A stretch of 64,000 bases of DNA, taken from positions 1,505 through 65,504 of the forward strand of contig JAJZTH010000016.1 in the NCBI GenBank assembly GCA_021849075.1, read 5' to 3'. Below the pieces are notes generated by a model. That model saw only the letters and a list, made by a program, of their open reading frames with translations, was not told the DNA's origin and ran no database searches. This stretch comes from Pseudomonadota bacterium (lineage in GTDB: Bacteria > Pseudomonadota > Alphaproteobacteria > Sphingomonadales > Sphingomonadaceae). Below, one piece after another: positions 31,830 through 40,408 of this stretch. The stretch's first letter is position 1. Each line of letters begins with the position of its first letter. Made by a program: the position numbers and the translations under genes.

Positions 31830-33179
31830 ATGTCGCAAACAGCCACCGACCAGACGCCATGGCCCTCCGCAGGGCGGGCCTGGTCTATCGCCATCATCCT
31901 GATGCTCGCCAACACGTTGGCCTTTGTCGATCGGCAGGCGCTGGCCCTGCTGGTGCAGCCGATCAAGCAGGATCTGCATATTTCGGACACCGCGATCAGC
32001 CTGCTCTATGGGCTTAGCTTCACGCTTTTCTATGTCGCCGTCGGCCTGCCGATTGCGCGCATCGCCGACCGTTCCAATCGCCGCAACATCGTGGCCGGCG
32101 CGATTTTCGTGTGGAGCGTGGCGACCAGCCTGTGCGGACTGGCGCGCAGCTTCACCACCCTGTTCATGGCCCGCGTGGGCGTGGGCGCAGGGGAGGGCGG
32201 GCTGACCCCGGCCGCCTATTCGCTATTGTCCGACACCTTCCCCAAGGAAAGGCTGGCGCTGGCGATGGGCGTCTATCAGATGGGGCTGTATCTGGGCAGC
32301 GCGGCGGCGCTGGTGATTGGCGGCCTTATCTCCACCGTCATTCCGCCCAGTTCCACCGTGATCCTGCCGGTGCTGGGCGCGATGAAGGGGTGGCAGCTGG
32401 TCTTCTTCCTGCTCGGCATTCCCGGCATCGCCCTCGCCGCGCTGACGCTCACCATCCGCGAACCGCTGCGCCGGGGCGTTGCGCCCACGCAGGCCAGCGT
32501 GCCGCTGAGCCAGTTCTTCGCCCACGTCGGCGCGCATCGCAAAGCCTATATCGGCATCATGCTGGGCTTTGCCCTGATGATCCTGGTCGGCAACGGGACG
32601 GCGGTGTGGATTCCCGCCTTCTTCGAACGGCGCTTTGGCTGGACCACGGCGGAAGTGGGCAAGCTTTATGGCCCGGTCGTCTTCTTCTGCGGCATGAGCG
32701 GCGCGCTGGCGGGCGGCCTGTTCGCCTCCTGGCTGCGCAAGCGCGGGGCGGCGCACGCCAATTTGCAGGCGTCGCTTGCCGGCTTCATCATCCTGATCCC
32801 GATCACCATCGCCTTCCCGCTGATGCCCACGCCTGCGCTGGCGCTGACGCTGATCGGCCTGATGAACTTTTTTGCCGGCTTCAATTTCGGCGGCGGGCTG
32901 GCGGCGTTGCAGGAAATGACGCCCAATCGGATGCGCGCGCTGATGTCGGCCGCCTATATGCTGACCATTAACCTGATCGGCGCGGCATTGGGACCAACGG
33001 CGATCGCGCTCGTCACCGATTACTGGTTCCACAATCCCAACGATCTGCATCTGGCGATTTCGCTGGTCTGCGCCGTCGCCTCGCCGCTGTCGGTGGTGAT
33101 GCTGTGGATCGGCCTGAAAGCGTATCGCGACATGGGTCGCGCCGCCGTCAATCCGGTTGCCAGCCCAGTTGCAGGCTGA
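31830..33179 (+). CDS. MFS transporter (spinster-like)
   Basis: About 12 hydrophobic segments, FVDRQ, ARIADRSNRR, RVGVGAGEG. Confidence 0.93.
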   Translation: MSQTATDQTPWPSAGRAWSIAIILMLANTLAFVDRQALALLVQPIKQDLHISDTAISLLYGLSFTLFYVAVGLPIARIADRSNRRNIVAGAIFVWSVATSLCGLARSFTTLFMARVGVGAGEGGLTPAAYSLLSDTFPKERLALAMGVYQMGLYLGSAAALVIGGLISTVIPPSSTVILPVLGAMKGWQLVFFLLGIPGIALAALTLTIREPLRRGVAPTQASVPLSQFFAHVGAHRKAYIGIMLGFALMILVGNGTAVWIPAFFERRFGWTTAEVGKLYGPVVFFCGMSGALAGGLFASWLRKRGAAHANLQASLAGFIILIPITIAFPLMPTPALALTLIGLMNFFAGFNFGGGLAALQEMTPNRMRALMSAAYMLTINLIGAALGPTAIALVTDYWFHNPNDLHLAISLVCAVASPLSVVMLWIGLKAYRDMGRAAVNPVASPVAG

Positions 33180-33936
33180 GGTCATGGCATAGCTGGCCCA
33201 GCTCTTCCGCCATGGCTTCGTTTCTGGCGGCGGGGCTGGTGCCGGGGAACAGCGCTGTCGCCGACAGGATTGCCCGGTTTTGCAGGTCAAAAATCGGGAA
33301 GGCGATGGCGCGCAGGCCGGGGATCATCGTCCCTTCCACCCGCGCGCGTCCTTCGGCGGTCACACGGCCGCGGATGGCGTCCACATCGTCCTTCGTCAGC
33401 GTGGTCGCCCCCAGTTCGGCCGCAACCAGATGATCGATATAGGCGGGCGGCGAGAAGCTGAGGAAAATATGCCCGGTCGCCGACGTCAGCATCGGCAGCA
33501 CCGATCCGACGTTGAAGGATGTCATCACCGGCGGGCGACCCATCAGCCAGCGGATGATGGTGGGGCCTAATGGACCCAAGGCTGCGACCTGCACCGTCTG
33601 GCCGGTGCGTTCGGCAAAGGCGCTGATCGCTTCATTGGTGATGCGAAAGGCGTCGATCCGCGCCAACGCGCCCAGGCCCAGTTGCAGGGCGGCGGGGCCA
33701 AGATCATAGCGGCCGGTCTGTTCATTCTGCTGCGCCATGCCGCTCGCGATCAGGCTGGCGAGATAGCGATGCGCCTGCGACGGGGAAATGTCGGACGCCT
33801 GAGCGATGGCCCCTAGCGTCGATGCGCTGCCCAGCGAGGCGAGCGCCTGTAACACATGCATGCCGATTTCGACCGACTGGATGCCCCGGCGGCGGCCGGC
33901 ATTTATGTCTTCCGCCTTCTTGTCTTCTTTTTGCAT
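33148..33936 (-). CDS. IclR-family regulator
   Basis: GIQSVEIG...SQAHRYLASL...GRYDLG HTH; GSVLPMLTSATG. Confidence 0.92.
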   Translation of the reverse strand: MQKEDKKAEDINAGRRRGIQSVEIGMHVLQALASLGSASTLGAIAQASDISPSQAHRYLASLIASGMAQQNEQTGRYDLGPAALQLGLGALARIDAFRITNEAISAFAERTGQTVQVAALGPLGPTIIRWLMGRPPVMTSFNVGSVLPMLTSATGHIFLSFSPPAYIDHLVAAELGATTLTKDDVDAIRGRVTAEGRARVEGTMIPGLRAIAFPIFDLQNRAILSATALFPGTSPAARNEAMAEELGQLCHDLSLQLGWQPD

Positions 33937-33937
33937 T

Positions 33938-34969
33938 TCAGGTCGATTCCCGTTCGATCACCGTAAAGCCCATCTGTTCCGACAGGGGCTGGTCTGGTCG
34001 GCCGCCTTCGCGATGGCGTGCGACCATGATTTCGGTCGCACGTTCGGCCATATGGTCGATTTCCTGTCGCACGGTCGTCAGCGGTGGCCAGATTTTGACG
34101 GCGATGGGCGCATCGTCGAAACCCGCGACGGCCAGATCCTGCGGGATGCGCAGGCCCCGCTGGTGCGCGATCAGGCTGACGGCGGCGGCCATGTCGTCAT
34201 TGCTGGCGAAGATGGCGGTGGGCGGTTCGGGCAGATCGAGCAGCGCGGCTGCCGCCGCAAGGCCGGATTCGAAACTGAAATCGCCCGGCTGCACCAACGC
34301 AGGGTCGGCATCGATGCCATGGGCGGCGAGGGCCTGTCTGTAGCCAACAAGTCGGCGGGCGGCGGCGCTGTGCGTGCTCGCCCCAGTGACAAAGCCGATG
34401 CGCCGATGACGACGCCCGATCAGATGCTCGGTCATGGCGCGCGCCGCCGCCATTTCGTCCACGCTGATGCTGTCCATGTCAGGCAGCACGCCGCCATGGG
34501 CGATGGCGGCGATCGGCACCTGCAGTCCAGCGCAAAAGGCCGTGCCGGTCAGCACTTCGCTATAGGGCGGGGCGAGCAATATCGCGTTGGCGCCGCTGCG
34601 CAGCAGGGAAGAAACGGCTTCGGTCGCATCTTCGGGCAGGAAGCTGTCGCATTTACGGATGATGACCTGCGCACCCAGTCGCGTGGCTGCATTCAGCGTG
34701 CCAACCAGCATCGCGCTCAGAAAGGCGTTTTGCGCGTTGCGATAAACGATGCCGATGCGCGTCGCTTGCGCCGAAGCCAGCGCGCGCGCCGCGACATTGG
34801 GCACATAGCCCAGCGCCTCGATCGCTGCGAGCACGGCGTCGCGGGTTTCCTCGCGCAGCTTCTTGGTGCCGTTGATGACGTGCGATACCGTCATGGCGGA
34901 CACGCCAGCGCGATCGGCCACCGCCTGCATCGTCACTGCCTGACCGGATTTTCTGGGTGTGCGCGCCAT
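33938..34969 (-). CDS. LacI-family regulator
   Basis: TMQAVADRAGVSAMTVSHVIN, YVPNVAARAL, PTAIFASNDDMA, GFDD. Confidence 0.95.
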   Translation of the reverse strand: MARTPRKSGQAVTMQAVADRAGVSAMTVSHVINGTKKLREETRDAVLAAIEALGYVPNVAARALASAQATRIGIVYRNAQNAFLSAMLVGTLNAATRLGAQVIIRKCDSFLPEDATEAVSSLLRSGANAILLAPPYSEVLTGTAFCAGLQVPIAAIAHGGVLPDMDSISVDEMAAARAMTEHLIGRRHRRIGFVTGASTHSAAARRLVGYRQALAAHGIDADPALVQPGDFSFESGLAAAAALLDLPEPPTAIFASNDDMAAAVSLIAHQRGLRIPQDLAVAGFDDAPIAVKIWPPLTTVRQEIDHMAERATEIMVARHREGGRPDQPLSEQMGFTVIEREST

Positions 34970-35090
34970 GATTCCCCAATGTCGTCTGGCGATCCCGTTG
35001 CGGGGCCAGCCATAAATCCCCGTCATAAGCGAAGAAAACCACTTTGGCCAACAATTGGCTATTGCGTAAGCAATTTCTCTTTGGCAAAAA

Positions 35091-35103
35091 GTTTAGCGGT
35101 AAC
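35091..35103. promoter_or_regulatory. LacI-type operator 3, between lacI and gtdA
   Basis: GTTTAGCGGTAAC, one mismatch to operator 1 read on the minus strand (GTTTAGCGCTAAC). Confidence 0.62.
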
Positions 35104-35120
35104 TCAATGGGAGAGGGTTC

Positions 35121-36167
35121 ATGGCCTTGGCCAACGACCAAAGGTCGCAACTGGAATCATTATATGCGCAGATGGCGCCCGATCATCTGACGCCCTTGTG
35201 GGAATCGCTGGCGCAGCTTGTGCGGCCGCAGCCCAAATCGCCCGCCCATGTCCATCGCTGGTCCTATGATGGCGCGCGCGCCTATCTGATGCGCGCGGGC
35301 GACCTGATCAGCGCGGAACAGGCCGAACGGCGCGTGCTGATCCTGGAAAATCCGGGGCTTGAAGGGCAATCGGCGATCACCCCCAGCCTTTATGCCGGGT
35401 TGCAGTTGATCCTGCCGGGGGAGGTCGCGCCCAGCCACCGTCATAGCCAGTGCGCGCTGCGCTTCGTGCTGGAAGGCGACGGCGCCTTCACCGCGCTGGA
35501 TGGGGAAAAGGCGATCATGCGCCCGTTCGATCTGGTGCTGACGCCGGGCGGCCAGTGGCACGACCATGGCAACCCGACCGATCAGCCGATGATCTGGCTC
35601 GATGGTCTGGATATTCCCACCGTACGCCATTTCGACGCCAGCTTCGCCGAGCATCTGGACGAAAAGGCGCATCGGGAGACGGTGCCGCCGGGCGACACGC
35701 TGGCGCGCTATGGCCATAATATGCGGCCGATGAAGGGGTCGCTGGCCGATCGCCGGCCCGCGCATCAGCCTTTGTTCCATTATCCCTATGCGCAGTGGCG
35801 GCCCGCGCTGGACGCGATGGCGGCATCGGCGCAGATCGACCCGCATCTGGGCCATGCGCTGGAATTTCTGAACCCGGCCGATGGCGGATCGGTGATGCCC
35901 ACCATTTCCGCGCATGTCCGCCTGATCCCCGCCGGTTTTGAAACGCAGCCGCGCCGTTCGACCGACGGCACCATCTTCGTGGTGGTGGAAGGGCGGGGCA
36001 CGGCGCTGGTCGAAGGACAGGAAATAGCCCTTCAACCGCGCGATATTTTCGTCATACCCTCCTGGCACGAACTGCGTCTGAAGGCGGACAGCGACCTGGT
36101 CCTGTTTGGCTATTCGGACAAGGCGGCTCAGGAAAAACTCTATCTCTACAAGGAGTTGAATGCGTGA
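35121..36167 (+). CDS. gtdA: Gentisate 1,2-dioxygenase
   Basis: AERRVLILENPG, LQLILPGEVAPSHRH, WHDHGN, WLDGLD bicupin motifs. Confidence 0.94.
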   Translation: MALANDQRSQLESLYAQMAPDHLTPLWESLAQLVRPQPKSPAHVHRWSYDGARAYLMRAGDLISAEQAERRVLILENPGLEGQSAITPSLYAGLQLILPGEVAPSHRHSQCALRFVLEGDGAFTALDGEKAIMRPFDLVLTPGGQWHDHGNPTDQPMIWLDGLDIPTVRHFDASFAEHLDEKAHRETVPPGDTLARYGHNMRPMKGSLADRRPAHQPLFHYPYAQWRPALDAMAASAQIDPHLGHALEFLNPADGGSVMPTISAHVRLIPAGFETQPRRSTDGTIFVVVEGRGTALVEGQEIALQPRDIFVIPSWHELRLKADSDLVLFGYSDKAAQEKLYLYKELNA

Positions 36168-36862
36168 CCACCCTGTTCGAGCCGCAAGCGCCCGTGATCG
36201 CCGCCACCAGCGAGGGCAAGGGCTTTCCCGTCCGTCGCCTGTTCTGCATCGGCCGCAACTATGCCGCCCATGCCCGTGAAATGGGCAAGGACCCGGACCG
36301 TGAAGCGCCCTTCTTCTTCACCAAATGGGCCGAAACGGTCGTGCCGTCGGGCGCGACCATCGCCTATCCGCCGGAATCGGCGAACTTCCATTATGAGGCC
36401 GAACTGGTCGTCGCCGTCGCGAAGGGCGGCCGCAACATTGCGGAGGCCGACGCGCTGGACCATGTCTATGGCTATGCCACCGGCCTGGACATGACGCGCC
36501 GCGACCTTCAGTTCGAAGCGCGCGACAAGGGCCGCCCCTGGGACACCGGCAAGAATGTCGAACAATCCTCGCCGCTGGGCTTGATCCACGCCGCCAGCGA
36601 AATCGGCCATCCTGCGACCGGGCGCATCGCGCTGACCGTCAATGGGGATGTGAAGCAGGATGCCGATCTGGCTGACCTGATCTGGAGCGTGCCCGAAGTC
36701 ATCGCCTATGTCTCGCGCTTCTACCGGCTGGAACAGGGTGACCTCATCTACACCGGCACGCCGGCCGGCGTCGGCGCGGTGGTGACGGGCGACGCGATCG
36801 TCGTCAGCATCGATGGCCTGTCCGACTGCGTCGTCACCGTTGGGCCGAAGGCCGATGACTGA
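36164..36862 (+). CDS. Fumarylpyruvate hydrolase (FAH family, NagK-like)
   Basis: CIGRNYAAHAREM, HYEAEL, DMTRRDLQ, TGTPAGV; coupled to gtdA. Confidence 0.9.
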   Translation: MTTLFEPQAPVIAATSEGKGFPVRRLFCIGRNYAAHAREMGKDPDREAPFFFTKWAETVVPSGATIAYPPESANFHYEAELVVAVAKGGRNIAEADALDHVYGYATGLDMTRRDLQFEARDKGRPWDTGKNVEQSSPLGLIHAASEIGHPATGRIALTVNGDVKQDADLADLIWSVPEVIAYVSRFYRLEQGDLIYTGTPAGVGAVVTGDAIVVSIDGLSDCVVTVGPKADD

Positions 36863-37490
36863 TCCGGTCCTTCACGGCTATTTCCGCTCGACCGCATCCT
36901 ATCGGGTGCGGATCGTGCTGAACCTGAAAGGCGTCGCCTATGCCGACGCCTTTCACCACCTGCGCAAGGGGGAACAGCGCGCGCCGGCCTATCTGGCGCT
37001 CAACCCGCAGGGGCTGTTGCCCGCACTCGAAATCGACGGCGCGGTGCTGACGCAGAGTCTCGCCATCTGCGAATATCTGGATGAAACGGTCGCCGGGCCG
37101 GCGCTGCTTCCTGTCGATCCGATCCGCCGGGCCAAAGTGCGGGCGGCGGCACAGGCCATCGCCTGCGACATTCATCCGATCCAGAATCTCAAAATTCTCG
37201 GCCGACTGCGCGGGCTGGGCCTGAATGACGATCAGGTGAATGGCTGGGCCGCGCAGGTGATCGATGAAGGGCTGGACGCCTTCGACCGGCTGATAGCCGG
37301 TGAAGAAGGGCCGTTCTGCTTCGGGGATCAGGTGACGCTGGCCGACATCTGTCTGGTGGCGCAACTGGTCAATGCCCGGCGTTTCGGCGTGGACCTGCGC
37401 TGGCCGCGTCTGGTGGCGGTGGAGCAAGCCTGCCTCGCGCTCGACGCCTTCAGCAAGGCCGCGCCGCAGAATCAGCCGGACGCCGAGTAA
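36855..37490 (+). CDS. maiA: Maleylpyruvate/maleylacetoacetate isomerase (zeta GST)
   Basis: YFRSTASYRVRI, NPQG, TQSLAI, CDIHPIQN, NARRF. Confidence 0.92.
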   Translation: MTDPVLHGYFRSTASYRVRIVLNLKGVAYADAFHHLRKGEQRAPAYLALNPQGLLPALEIDGAVLTQSLAICEYLDETVAGPALLPVDPIRRAKVRAAAQAIACDIHPIQNLKILGRLRGLGLNDDQVNGWAAQVIDEGLDAFDRLIAGEEGPFCFGDQVTLADICLVAQLVNARRFGVDLRWPRLVAVEQACLALDAFSKAAPQNQPDAE

Positions 37491-37514
37491 GAACAGGAAA
37501 AGAGAGGAGCCGCG

Positions 37515-39092
37515 ATGACCAGCCTTTCCCGTCGCAATCTGATGGGCGCCGCCGGCGCCGCCATGTTCTCGCAACTGTTCGCGCGCGGGGCATGGGGGCA
37601 AAGCGGGGGATCGCGGCCCAACCTCATCCTCTTCTATCCCGATGAAATGCGCGCGGATGCGCTGGCCTGCTATGGCAATCCGGTCACGCGCACGCCCAAT
37701 TTCGACCGGCTGGCGCGCAGCGGCACGCTGTTCCGCAACGCCCATGTCCAATATCCGGTCTGCGCGGCGTCGCGGTGCAGCCTGCTCACCGGCCTGCCTA
37801 CCAGCGCCACCGGCCATCGCGGCTTTTCCTATCTGATCCAGCCCAACGAACCCAATATGCTGGGGATGCTGCGGCAGGCGGGCTATGACACTTTCTTCTT
37901 CGGCAAGAATGACGTTCTCTCGCCCGAAGCCTTCGCCACCAGCCTGACCGGCTGGGCCGATCCGCCCGCGCCCGGCGCAGCGCCCGGCGATCATGCGCCC
38001 GGCGCGCGGCGTGGGGCCACTGGCGGTCCCGTCACCATGTTGCTGCCCGCCACTGGTGATCGGCGCGCGACCAGCGACTATGGCATCATCCAGCGCGCGA
38101 GGGAGATCATATCCCGAAAGGAAAGCGATCGGCCCTTCTGCCTGTTTCTGCCGATCTTTCAGCCGCATCCGCCCTATCGCGCGCCTGAGGGCTTTCATGA
38201 CATGTACAAGGCGGCCGACCTGCCGCCGCTGATTCCGCCGGGGTTGAAGGACAAGCCTGCCTTTCATGACGCGATCCGGCGCAAATATGGGCTGGATCAG
38301 GTCGATGACGCTGTGCTGCGTCAGGTGCGCGCCGTCTATTATGGGCAGGTGTCCTATGCCGACTGGCTGCTGGGCGAACTGATGGAGGCGCTGGAGAAAG
38401 CGGGGCGGGACAAGGATACCGCTTTGTTCGTCAGTTCCGACCATGGCGATTATGCCGGCGACTATGGCCTTGTCGAAAAATGGCATGGCGGTCTGGAAAG
38501 CTGCCTGACCCATGTGCCGTTGATCGGCAGGGTGCCGGGCGGCACGCCGGGCGTGGTGGCGCAGGACATGGTGGAGGCGTTCGACATCATGCCGACCTTT
38601 TTGTCGCTGGGCGGCGCCAGCGCGGCCCACACTCATTTCGCGCGCAGCCTGATGCCGCAATTGCACGGCCAGCCGGGCGATCCCGACCGCGCCGCCTTTA
38701 CCGAAGCGGGGATCAACATTTACGAACCGCAGGCGTTCGATACGCCATCGGGCGGTGTCTATCGCGCCAAGTCAGAACTGGCGGCGGAGCAGCCCGTGCT
38801 GGTCGGCCGGGCGGCGTCGGTGCGCACGCGGCGCTACACCTTCATCTCCCGTCCGCAGGGCCTGAGCGAACTTTATGATCGTCAGGCCGATCCGGGCGAA
38901 ACCCGCAACCTGTTCGGCGCGCGCAGCGTGGCGAAGGTGCAGGGGGACATGGAGCAGCGGCTGCTCAACTGGTATATCAACACGACCGGCGTGCCGCTCG
39001 ACACCCGCAACAGCCGCGACGTCCCCAATTTCACCGCGCCGCAAGCACCCCGGCCCGACAGCGCTGCGGCGGCGCGGGTGCTGGATTTATAG
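37515..39092 (+). CDS. Tat-exported sulfatase-family hydrolase
   Basis: SRRNLM Tat motif, PNFDRLA, CAASRCSLLTG, PHPPY, SDHGD, ELYD. Confidence 0.88.
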   Translation: MTSLSRRNLMGAAGAAMFSQLFARGAWGQSGGSRPNLILFYPDEMRADALACYGNPVTRTPNFDRLARSGTLFRNAHVQYPVCAASRCSLLTGLPTSATGHRGFSYLIQPNEPNMLGMLRQAGYDTFFFGKNDVLSPEAFATSLTGWADPPAPGAAPGDHAPGARRGATGGPVTMLLPATGDRRATSDYGIIQRAREIISRKESDRPFCLFLPIFQPHPPYRAPEGFHDMYKAADLPPLIPPGLKDKPAFHDAIRRKYGLDQVDDAVLRQVRAVYYGQVSYADWLLGELMEALEKAGRDKDTALFVSSDHGDYAGDYGLVEKWHGGLESCLTHVPLIGRVPGGTPGVVAQDMVEAFDIMPTFLSLGGASAAHTHFARSLMPQLHGQPGDPDRAAFTEAGINIYEPQAFDTPSGGVYRAKSELAAEQPVLVGRAASVRTRRYTFISRPQGLSELYDRQADPGETRNLFGARSVAKVQGDMEQRLLNWYINTTGVPLDTRNSRDVPNFTAPQAPRPDSAAAARVLDL

Positions 39093-39106
39093 AAGACTAG
39101 CTAACT

Positions 39107-39197
39107 TCCGTTCGGGCTGAGCCTGTCGAAGCCCTGCTCTTTTTTCAGGGCATTGAGCGGAGAAGTACAGCCCTTCGACAAGCTCAGGGCGAACGGA
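39107..39197. repeat. REP-like inverted doublet, copy 2
   Basis: tccgttcgggctgagcctgtcgaag...cttcgacaagctcagggcgaacgga. Confidence 0.9.
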
Positions 39198-39220
39198 GTT
39201 TGAGTAATTCCGATTTTGGG

Positions 39221-39260
39221 AAAGGGGGCAGGCGTCGGATTGATGCCTGCCCCCCTTTTT
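39221..39260. terminator. Bidirectional intrinsic terminator
   Basis: aaagggggcaggc...gcctgccccccttttt between convergent genes. Confidence 0.75.
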
Positions 39261-39262
39261 CA

Positions 39263-40408
39263 TCAGGCCATCTGACCGATCGCCTGCTTGCCCAGCCCCG
39301 GATCGTCGGTGAAGAAGGCGTCCAGTCCGGCATCGAGATAGCGCCGCATTTCCGCGATGCTGCCGGCCGGATTGCGCGCCGCGTCGCCCTTGTCATCGCG
39401 GAAGTCGGCGGCGAGGAAGTGATTTTCCGGGCGGAACGTCCACACGCTGACCAGCAGGCCCGCCTTGTGTGCGGCCTCGACCAGACCCGTCGGCTGGGCC
39501 AGCCGCCCGTCCGCTCCCAACGGGATGATCATGCGCACCGGCGGCGCGAGCCATGTCGCATAGTCCGCCATCTCGGTCAGGCCCGCCGGGGTGAGCAGGT
39601 CGCCATAGCGGCGCGCAATGCCCTGCGCGGTGAAATCGGGCGGCGACTGGCGCGGATCGCCGACCAGCTGCATCAACTGCACATTGGCGCCGATCTTGGG
39701 CTTCAGAGCCTTTAAATTGCTGACCTCGAACGACTGGATGATCAACGGCGCGCGGGAGAGATAGGCGCTCCTGCCGATGCGGTCGATCAGCCGGCCTTCC
39801 TGCGGCAGGCCGATGCCGGCAAAATAGGTCGAATGCTTGATTTCAGGGATCAGGCCGATGGTGCGGCCGCGCGCCGCCGCTTCGGCGGCCACGAAATCGG
39901 CAATCTCCTCCAGCGACACGATCTGGAACTGACCGTCATAGCCGGCGCTCTCGGGGCGCATCGCGCCCAGTCTTTCCTTCGCCCGCAGCGTCTTCAACTC
40001 GGCAAAGGTGAAATCCTCGGTGAACCAGCCGGTCTGGCGCTCGCCATCGATCGTCTTTTCCGCCTTACGCGCGGCAAATTCCGGGCGCGCGGCGACGTCG
40101 GTGGTTTCGCTGATATTATTTTCGTGCCGGGCCACCAGCACGCCGTCCTTCGTCGCGACCAGATCCGGTTCAACGAAATCAGCGCCATCCTCGATCGCCT
40201 TGGCATAGGCGGCCAGCGTATGTTCGGGGCGCAGAGCGGAACTGCCGCGATGCGCGATCAGCAGCGGGCGCTTGCGCGCGCCGCCGGCCGGCTTGGTCGG
40301 AGCGGGGGCGGCCTCAGCCACCCCCGTCATACCCATGGTTGCGCCCAGCAGCGCAGCCGATCCCGTCATGCGGAGCAGGCTCCGCCGCGTGTGGGGCGCC
40401 TGCGTCAT
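39263..40408 (-). CDS. glpQ: Glycerophosphodiester phosphodiesterase (Tat signal)
   Basis: TRRSLL, IAHRG, PEHT, EPDLVATKDG, EIK, IQSFE, FTD. Confidence 0.92.
   Translation of the reverse strand: MTQAPHTRRSLLRMTGSAALLGATMGMTGVAEAAPAPTKPAGGARKRPLLIAHRGSSALRPEHTLAAYAKAIEDGADFVEPDLVATKDGVLVARHENNISETTDVAARPEFAARKAEKTIDGERQTGWFTEDFTFAELKTLRAKERLGAMRPESAGYDGQFQIVSLEEIADFVAAEAAARGRTIGLIPEIKHSTYFAGIGLPQEGRLIDRIGRSAYLSRAPLIIQSFEVSNLKALKPKIGANVQLMQLVGDPRQSPPDFTAQGIARRYGDLLTPAGLTEMADYATWLAPPVRMIIPLGADGRLAQPTGLVEAAHKAGLLVSVWTFRPENHFLAADFRDDKGDAARNPAGSIAEMRRYLDAGLDAFFTDDPGLGKQAIGQMA

Noticed and set aside
33148..33179. Convergent 32-bp overlap of the MFS and IclR genes as antisense control
   Set aside because: Short 3' overlaps are common in GC-rich genomes, and nothing else supports a regulatory role.
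39107..39197. CRISPR array
   Set aside because: The repeats are dispersed palindromes, not regularly spaced direct repeats, and there are no cas genes.
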